Shown here: positions 52,020 to 60,934 of the stretch, piece by piece | How positions within the stretch are numbered: position 1 is the first letter of the stretch | How the letters are laid out: every line of letters begins with the position of its first letter | Notes under the pieces: model-generated | What the model saw: the letters and a program-made list of their open reading frames with translations, nothing else | Databases searched by the model: none | What the model was told of the DNA's origin: nothing | Origin: Octopus bimaculoides | Taxonomy: Eukaryota | Length of the DNA: 60,934 bases | Assembly: GCF_001194135.2 (NCBI RefSeq) | Contig: NC_068984.1 | Coordinates: 33,630,185-33,691,118, forward strand | Direction: 5' to 3' | Position numbers and translations under genes: made by a program

Positions 52020-52870
52020 TCGCAAGAAACCTTGGGATTCCGCTTTCTACATTTAATAGAGTGATTGTGCAATTCCCTAGAGAATGGAAGGAGTCCACAT
52101 CACCTCCCCGATGTCGACCATGGCCCTCTGACAGCACCCTTCGCTTTGTTAAGAGAAGTGTGGCGGATAATCCTCGTTGCTAGGCCTCTGACGGAGCATA
52201 GCAATTTGGTTGATGTCAGACCCAGAACAGATGTCAGGTATCTCCACAAACTATGCTACTATGACAGAACAGCAAGAAGGAAGCCATTTCTTCGATCAGC
52301 CAATATCAAACGGAGAAAAATTTGGGGCAGTGAGATGGTGGAGAGGCTACTAGCATTTTGGGACACTGTCATATTCTCTGATTAGTCCAGATTTGCTGTA
52401 TTGTCTCTCAGTGGTTGAGTGTGGGTCCGGAGATTCTGTGATCAAGAATAAGACGTGAAAAGATTGCAAACCAACAATGAAACACGGCAGCTATTCTGTG
52501 ATAGTCTGGAGCGCAATTTAAAGCAATATACCATCAGAGTTGGTTGAGTGTGAAGGGGAAACATATAGTCAGATAAATATGTGTCCATATTGCAGAAAGG
52601 AATCCTTCTATCCTCTCTAGCGATGAAATGATTAAAGAAGGCTAAAATGACCCTCACGGCTAAATGATTGATCGGAAGATAATGGCATTAAAAAGCTTTA
52701 TGGCCAAGCTAGTCGCCAGATATGAACGCTGGGGTATAATAGACTGGACACTTCGTAAAAAGAACAAGAAAGCATCCCCAAGGCCAGGTATTTTGAGATT
52801 ACTGAATGAAACTTGGCTAGAAATTGCTCGGGAGAATATTTGGAAAAATGTAAAGGACATGTCTACTAAA
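52020..52870 (+). mobile_element. Tc1 (DD34E-type) transposase pseudogene
   Basis: [10 protein letters not shown] (HTH), TARRKPFL, FWDTVIFSD*SRF, G*VWVRR, PTMKHGSYSVIVWSAI and WPS*SPDMN are Tc1 motifs in order. Confidence 0.9.
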
Positions 52871-54377
52871 TATTAAATATTTACATTATAATAATTCATA
52901 AATAATTTGAATATATAATTTCAGTTTTAAATAAATTTTAACAATTCTAAAGGTGTCTATTTACTTCTATCACATCTGTGTGTATTTTGCAGCTCATCTT
53001 TGGTTGACATAGTTACACTGCTTACTGAAGTAAGTCAATGGTGAAATTTCGAAGTCTCTATCAACTTTTTCATATGAAATATGTAGTTACATATTCAAAT
53101 GTTTAGAAAAATCCCTCTGTTAATACTATTGTTTTTATGTATGAATATACTTAAAACTGCACATCAGTATAAATATGTCTATATTTGTGTGTGCGCGTTT
53201 TGCCCGTATGTGAATATGATTGTATCTGCGTGTGTATTTACATATGCATACATATACATGCACATATCTGTATGTATGTGTGTGTGACTGTGTGTGAGAA
53301 TGTGTGTGTGAGTGTGTGTGTCTGCATGAAATATGTATATGTGAATAATATTGCTTAGATGTACAGAGACGTGTGCACTTGTGGTTTCTATGTCTTTGAA
53401 GAAGTCAAAATACATAAAAACCAAAATTAAAATTATACATTTCAAAAACATGCTTGAAAAATATATAAAGTATCTAATTAATTAAAATTTATTAAATAAC
53501 ATTTTCAATTAAACTAGAGAGGATATGATTTGGGGACAATAACACATCATAACGTTTATATGAATCCACTTTTTTATGTTTCGTGCATGTCGTGATATAA
53601 CCATCAATATGCTGGCGGATTATTATCATGAAAAGGCAGGCGATAACATACATGCTGCATTTCCTTATATTTATTAACGTTCTGACGTCGAATCACTCTG
53701 AGGTTAATTTTGATTTTCTAAATTTCTAGGTTGTAAAATATATACAAGCATATCTCAACCTACGTCATTCTGAGTTACATGTTTTCCAAATAATATTTTG
53801 ATTTTTAGAAATTAATTGAAAAATACATTTCACCTGCAGTCGATTTATCCGACTTTTGAATATGCGAACATATTTAAAAGAAAAAAAAATTAAACCACCT
53901 GCAAACGAATAGTGGATTGGAAAACCAAATAAAATACGCGTCAAAAAATTAACAAACCATTTATTAAAACTGATTAAAACTAATATTTTTTTTCTGCGTT
54001 ACCTCGATTTTCTCGTTAAACCACATGTCTTGCAACCAATTACCAAAGTAAGTTGAAGTATGGCTGTAACCACCCGTTCCCTAATCAAAATATAAGACAA
54101 TATGCTTCACTCAAAAAGTTACATAGCCGTCAAGAAAGATTCAAACATGGCTTAAAACAAAATTTCAAGATTTTAACAATAAGTTAGCCGAAAATACTTG
54201 CTTATACTACGTTAGATGTACACTGATTTTTCGTATGTAATTATGGTACTTATATAGTACTTACTGAAAGAATGTGAGCAAAAATTTGAAAAAGGTACGA
54301 ACAGCTGACGTTCTCAGGTGCAATCGACGATTATTAATTTGGAAAGGAAGCTTCGTTAGATCATCATACAAGGGCTT

Positions 54378-54630
54378 CACTCTCATTCGACGCAGCAGCT
54401 GAAGGCTGGAAGGGACATCGTGGCAGGCCTCGCAACAGATAGCTGGACGTGATTAAGGAAGATTTCCAGAGGCTCGAGGTAACTTTGGACAATGCAGAGG
54501 GGCTGACATAGAACCACCAATGATTGTGAGCACTAGTGGATCCTGACGGCTCTACGCATCATGACGCCTCTGAGATCATTAACCTGAGAGGACCCCAGTC
54601 CCATCAAGCAACAGGACGAAGCAAGCAAAC
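54378..54630 (+). mobile_element. RTE-clade LINE 3' end
   Basis: Aligns with 33030-33170 (cactcattcgac.cagcagc..ggctggaag...gctgga.gtgattaagga); GWKGHRGRPRNR*LDVIKEDF; ends in a short (GCAA)n tail. Confidence 0.8.
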
Positions 54631-54740
54631 AAAGAGAGTTTGAAATTATTTCTAAAGTCAACATGCATTCGCACCTGGAACTCCCAAGTTACAAGGCGTG
54701 CATGAGTTCCACCAATGGCTTAGGCTCTGATTCCGCATTA

Positions 54741-54777
<37 letters not shown>

Positions 54778-56801
54778 NNNNNNNNNNNNNNNNNNNNNNN
54801 NNNNNNNNNNNNNNNNNNNNNNNNNNNNNNNNNNNNNNNNNNNNNNNNNNNNNNNNNNNNNNNNNNNNNNNNNNNNNNNNNNNNNNNNNNNNNNNNNNNN
54901 NNNNNNNNNNNNNNNNNNNNNNNNNNNNNNNNNNNNNNNNNNNNNNNNNNNNNNNNNNNNNNNNNNNNNNNNNNNNNNNNNNNNNNNNNNNNNNNNNNNN
55001 NNNNNNNNNNNNNNNNNNNNNNNNNNNNNNNNNNNNNNNNNNNNNNNNNNNNNNNNNNNNNNNNNNNNNNNNNNNNNNNNNNNNNNNNNNNNNNNNNNNN
55101 NNNNNNNNNNNNNNNNNNNNNNNNNNNNNNNNNNNNNNNNNNNNNNNNTATATATTCTTCACCGTCGCACATGCAGAACTACACATGCCAACACATTCAA
55201 ATACAATGAAATATACTACTTCTCATATGTTTATGTGTGTGTAGACACAGATGTACAACAGACAAGGAGGCACACATGCGTATACATACAGACACATATA
55301 TACACATATATATTCCTATGTTTGCATTTATGCAAGTATATACCTCTGTATTGTATTCTAGTTCGTTAAGTTTATATTTGTGTCTGAATATATGTATAAG
55401 AGAAGGATTCAACTCAGTAGGTAATCACTGTCAAAATTACTGACAAGTTTTTGTAAACATTTGTTAATCAATCTCACAAAATATTACGTAACTATCAGCG
55501 TAAATATTTATTCTTATTCTTCTACTGTGTTGCTACACTGTTATATATTGGAATAGCATGACGCAGCTGTAGGCTATTCATTACTACCAACAGTGTGCTG
55601 TTTTTCTTCATCCTGAAGGCTTAGATTTCATTTATTTTCTACTTCATTCACATTTCTCCATGGTAAAATTGTTCAACAAAACTGTATATGCGTGAGGTTG
55701 TGTACGTCTATAAACACAAGCATACATATGTGTGTGTGTGTTTGTGTGTGTGCTTGTGTGCATGTCCATTTGCAGGCGTGTGTATGTATGCATGTGTGTA
55801 TATGTGATATTCACAATCGTATTTATAAATATTTATGATACAATAGTGTTTACACGAAGAAATTCAGTGTACTCAATACCTATAGACATGAATTTCTTTA
55901 AAGACACAGGCACTTATTGACAATACAGTTTCTTTCTTATGAAATTTACATAAATTTTTGAAGATTCTGCTTGAGATTGCTCTGTTGTGGTGAAAATAGA
56001 AACTTAAGCAATGTTTTGTTATATCAAAGTAATGTTATTTAAAATATACTTCTAAGGGATGAGTAGAGATTATGATGGCATCAATGAATGCATGGTATGT
56101 TGAGTTACATGCAACGTCCTTGGAACAGAAATGGCAACGATTATAGCTATTGGTAGTACATCGTAATGAAAATCCAGAGTGCATGACCTTGTACATACTT
56201 AGCAACTGAGTCATTCAGTCACGTGAACATAGGTGGTTTAACTTTTATATAGCCTACTTATGTGTTAATATAATCTGCATTGTCTGCACATTTTCTGTAT
56301 GGATCTTCCAATTCATGTTGCATGGTGAAACATGTTACTTTAGGCACCAAATATAATTAGATAACTTTTGGCTCATTTATCTATTCTTATTACCGAAGAA
56401 AGATCCCTAGTGGAGGAAATGTTGATTAAGTTGGCTTATACATTTATCTTCAACGATGTATACGTACGCATGATGTTTACATTTGTTTTATTTGGTAAAA
56501 TGTTATCTGCATTCTAGATTATTGTCTCTACTATGAATGGGTAATTAAATAAAGTGGAACTTATAAAGTTGTCTCTAGACAATAAACAGAATCAGTTTTC
56601 CATGGGGAGATTGTCCTATTTTTAAAACGGTTAGAAATTATTTCCACTGTTATAGACCCTCGATAATTTAACATGCTAAGTGCTTCAAGAACTTAATCAA
56701 TGTTAAAAGCTCCTATTCTCATTTATTTGAAAGTCATAAGTTTTTTGCTTCTTCAGGAAAATTAAATATAGTGAGCTTTTAAAGTATTCTTAAGAAGTGC
56801 A

Positions 56802-56832
<31 letters not shown>

Positions 56833-57813
56833 TGTATGTATGTATGTATGTATGCATGTATATATATAATATAGGCATCGATAGAAGACATAAAATTCAT
56901 GTAATCGATACCCAATTTTCCTTTAAAACATCGGAGTACTTAAGGCAAATCTCTTAAAACCGTAAAAAGAATATATATGGGTGTACAAAATTACACAAAA
57001 ATACATAAAAAAACACATACAAATCATATGAACATATAAAAATGTGCATGAATATAAAACGAAAATATAAAATGGTATGCGAGTGCCTGAACTTGGTACA
57101 TCCGTGTTAGAAACAAGAAGGAAGATAGTTATAAATACATATACAATATGTGACAATATACATAATTAATTAAAAAATATTAAAAGTATTCCATGGCAGA
57201 GATAAAGTATAATACTCATCCTACGATCGTTTCGGGGTATATGTTACTGGGAGTAGATAAAGTATTCCTGTCCTTCTCGCATATACACAGTTCATTCATC
57301 AAGGAACGCATAATTGACTTAAAATTCGTTAGAATAGAGGAAATAGAAAAATAGAAAAAAACCTCATAAATATGTACAGTGTAGAAAGGACAAGACAGCA
57401 GATAACTCAAATAAATAAATATGAACTACAAGAGAGGTTGATTATATAATAGGGGGGAATCTATTAGTTTAAATTTTGTATACAAGTTAGCTATTTTTAA
57501 TAATTTAGATCGAAAATATTTAGAAGTTGAAAGGTATTTATGCCTACAAAATATCAGTGCTTCAGAGATCTTATTGAGTAGGAGTTTCCTATTACTGGAA
57601 GTTACATGTATGGATCGAAACAGTTTGATTCAAATTCCATGGTACTCCGATTTTCAAGCATGATGCTAATCTTCAGCTATTTTGAATTTGAATTTACAAT
57701 GGCGTGTGATTAGTAGAACACTTGAAACTCGGAGTATCAACGAATTGTTTTGATCCATATATATATATATATATANNNNNNNNNNNNATATATACATACA
57801 TATACATACATAC

Positions 57814-57969
57814 GAAGGTCTTCTCTGAGTTTCCGTCTACCAACTCCTCTCATAGGGCTTTGGTCAGTCCAAGGCTATAGTAGAAAACACTTGCTCAAGG
57901 CTTCACGCAATGCGACTGCACCCTGAACTATGTGGCGGGAAGCTAGCTTCTTACCACACAGCCACACCT
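57814..57969 (-). mobile_element. tRNA-derived SINE (family A)
   Basis: Reverse complement aligns with 5978-6130 and 15391-15550. Confidence 0.85.
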
Positions 57970-58842
57970 TTATCAGATTTTGTTTTTCAGCATTTTTATT
58001 TCTTGCATATTCTGATTTAATTGTTCTAGTGTATTTCAGTCTGTACAGAAGATTACAATTCAAGCAGTATATTATTACACACACGCGCGCACAAATACAT
58101 ATTTATAAGTTTTAGCAAACACGTGATTTTAAATGTGATTATTATTCACATTTATGCAATACACAATACACAATACTCAAGGTAAAGTGGTCTGACATTT
58201 TCTCAGTCTCTACTTATCGGGATAGAGGAATTTTAACAAATGACATTAGTTTTCTTTTGGAAATCTTTTAAACTCGGTACCTGTTGTTACCTTCCTGTTT
58301 ACCTGCATCTGTAGCGGATTAAGACTTACTTTATAACACGATATTAATCCCTAGCGCAAAAGATGGGAATAAACAATTAGACAATCTTTATCAATTCAAA
58401 AGTAAAATAATGAAAAATTTACCTCAGTATGATTTGAAATTAGTTGCTAAATCTCTATATTCAAGGACTTCAAATCATTTTGTCCTGATACTCTGACATT
58501 TCAGGCAACCCCGAACATTTTGGGCTGTATAAATGCAACTTCTATGGCCAGCCTTCTATTCCTTGCCGCGAATTCTGTATAAGATAATTATATTTCAAAC
58601 ATCTTATATTTCCTAATGTTTTCCTATCGAGTTCTCTGTTGTGCTTGATAATATAAAATGTTGAATTGACATTTTGTTATGGATGCATTATACGTCAGCG
58701 AGAAACTGGTTTACTTTCATCTCTAATGTAATAGTTAGTTATGAATTTTTCAAAATTCATCTACGCATATGAATGCGAACGTTACTTTTGTTATTTCAGG
58801 TTTGTTGACATTCTTGCATGTGTTTGTTATATTTATTCATTT

Positions 58843-58922
<80 letters not shown>

Positions 58923-58930
58923 CATCATCA
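58843..58930. repeat. (ATC)n microsatellite
   Basis: Direct reading; source of the poly-I/S/D ORF artefacts. Confidence 0.95.
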
Positions 58931-59948
58931 ACATCATATCGATATTTTCTTTTAAATTTTGAAACATTATTACTCATTAGATATTCATTCGGTCTGTAGA
59001 CTACTTTGATATGTTCATCTATTTTGTAGTTTGCGGCAACACACGAACCACCAACCACACACGCACACAAACAATAACACACCCATAACTGCTTTTCCAT
59101 AATAACAGTTTTCACATAATATGTTATTCTTTGTACTTATATTGAAATTTTTCTTCTGTAATGTAGAAAGAATTTTCTGCGTATACATTCTGATCAAAAT
59201 ATTATTCACTGATGCATGAATATCTTAGGTTCTTTGAAGATTTGTAAAACCTGCGTTGTAAATGATTTCCGACAAAATGTGTGATGATTTGTAAGTATCC
59301 ACTTGAGAAATGACGAAACAAAAGATCACTTAGAGAAATCAAACGTTACTGAGAATTACTCTTAAAATAAGATATATGACATGTTTGAAAATTCTAAATC
59401 TCAAGAGACAGTACAACCATCCAGGAATTATTTCGTGGTATTTGGTTTACTTGAAACCTTAATTGTAAGAAGTTTTTTTTCACCATGCTATGTGAAATGT
59501 TAGGAAATTACGCTCCTTGCATGCGTGTGCTTAAAAGTTTCATATCTCCATATATATTTGTGTTTAAAATATAAATATTCCCATCAGATTAACGTCTATT
59601 TTAGCTACGTCAATGTTGTCGCACGACCATCTTTATCTTTTATTTCTCATGGTGAAAATAAAATACTTTAGTCTAACTGATGTGAAATCTATACATTACT
59701 CACAAAATATTACTAAAATAATTTAAAGAGTAATATGAAAAACAAAAATGTTTGTGTAATGACAATATATACAGACGGGCGTTATAATTTGCTTGAATCA
59801 TTGTACTATAGAAGTAGAACAATGAATAAAATGAGAAATAATGAAAGCTTCTAACAATGCAGAAAGTTGAAGGAAACTTTACATTTCGTGTGCAGCGGTC
59901 TATCTTCTGAAAAATAGTCAAAGAAATGTGTGTTTACATAGATCCTGT

Positions 59949-60634
59949 CATTTTAGAGAGTCCGGTGCTTGTGCTATTAGCTGCAGCTCCGTAAAGGTTG
60001 ACGTTGGTACCGTAGAAGTTACATTGAGAACACTAGAGCTTGCGACAATGAAGACTAAATGCAGGTTGGCAGTAGTAGTGGTGAATGCGATTGTCCATGA
60101 TGGTAAATGCCGTGATAGTAGTAGTGATAAGCGGTACTGCAAACACGGAAACTATTACATCGGTAATATCGTCTGACCGCTCTACATCCGTCTAAAGGAG
60201 CACCTGACTACCAATGCGACTTCCTTTCGCAAACAATTAACCCGATGCGGAAATGCCACCAAAGAGATCAATGCTTCCATACTCCCCTCAGAGAGGAATA
60301 CAGGAAATCACCGACGTAAAACGAAAATCAACGGTCGATCGGAGTTAGGCCGCTGGTTCCTATTCTACCAAACACTCCTTATATCACTGCGACCCTGACT
60401 AATATCCTCATCACTGCTACAGGGATTAGCACAGCAACCTACCAACATCATATTTACTGCTACCACACCCTCCACCACCGCTATTGCCTGACGCGACGAG
60501 GAATGTTTGTTGTTGACTGCCATCAAGCACAGCCTACGACAACTACAAAGACATACACCACCAACGTCGTCACCGACTACTACTACTGCTGCTGCTGCTG
60601 CTGTTGATGATGATGATGGTGATAATGATGCTGA

Positions 60635-60692
<58 letters not shown>

Positions 60693-60855
60693 GCATTCAC
60701 CACCGAAACAACCGCCTTCACCACCACTGTTGCTAATCTAGAGCTATTCTTCACTGACTCCATCACTTCTGTTCTCCATGTGACCTTTGCAGCACCAACT
60801 GCACAGCATTTACTGAACTGCAGCTACTAGCACAAGCGCTGGACTATTCAAAATG
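59949..60855 (+). mobile_element. Penelope-like GIY-YIG fragment enclosed by long imperfect inverted repeats
   Basis: About 60135-60345 reads CKHGNYYIGNIV*PLYIRLKEHLTTNATSFRKQLTRC (YIG...L..R..EH). Arms 59949-~60090 and ~60700-60855 are reverse-complementary (cattttagagagtccggtgcttgtgctattagctgcag versus cattttgaatagtccagcgcttgtgctagtagctgcag). Confidence 0.7.
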
Positions 60856-60934
60856 GTGTATGTGTGTGTATGTATGTACGTATGTATGTATGTACGTATG
60901 TATGTATGTATGTATATATATATATATACATATA

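Noticed and set aside
1130-55244. Long ORFs in the track full of X, or of HT/YI/CV/LS/poly-I repeats
   Set aside because: They are artefacts of N-gaps and di-, tri- or tetranucleotide microsatellites and carry no protein signal.
1-60934. CRISPR arrays, rRNA or genuine tRNA genes, prokaryotic operons
   Set aside because: No repeat-spacer arrays or rRNA-like sequence; the tRNA-like segments are SINE heads without a complete cloverleaf.

Overview
This is AT-rich, microsatellite-dense animal genomic DNA from a short-read scaffold, with many N-gaps, most abutting (AT)n or (CA)n runs. From memory, the SINE families and (CA)n/(AT)n/(TATG)n load resemble an octopus (coleoid cephalopod) genome; I did not confirm this by search. 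I find no intact protein-coding gene. Most ORFs in the track are microsatellite, gap or decayed-transposon artefacts, so the window is probably intronic or intergenic. It is dominated by relics of tRNA-SINEs, RTE and L1/Tx1 LINEs, Tc1/mariner/maT, Merlin and piggyBac DNA transposons, and about six Penelope-like element (PLE) fragments. The best signal is a tandem duplication with a 325-nt period at about 20.8-21.4 kb. Each copy holds a complete minimal type I hammerhead ribozyme fold, the architecture of a retrozyme or PLE pseudo-LTR, and cleavage at both sites would release a circularisable 325-nt RNA. Secondary signals are a second ~350-bp tandem/inverted repeat family with a decayed hammerhead-like motif (39.7-40.5 kb), a perfect 66-bp inverted repeat 2.1 kb apart (33.2 and 35.4 kb), and an unexplained protein-like stretch at 49.8-50.4 kb. 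All translations and alignments were done by eye; no database search was run.
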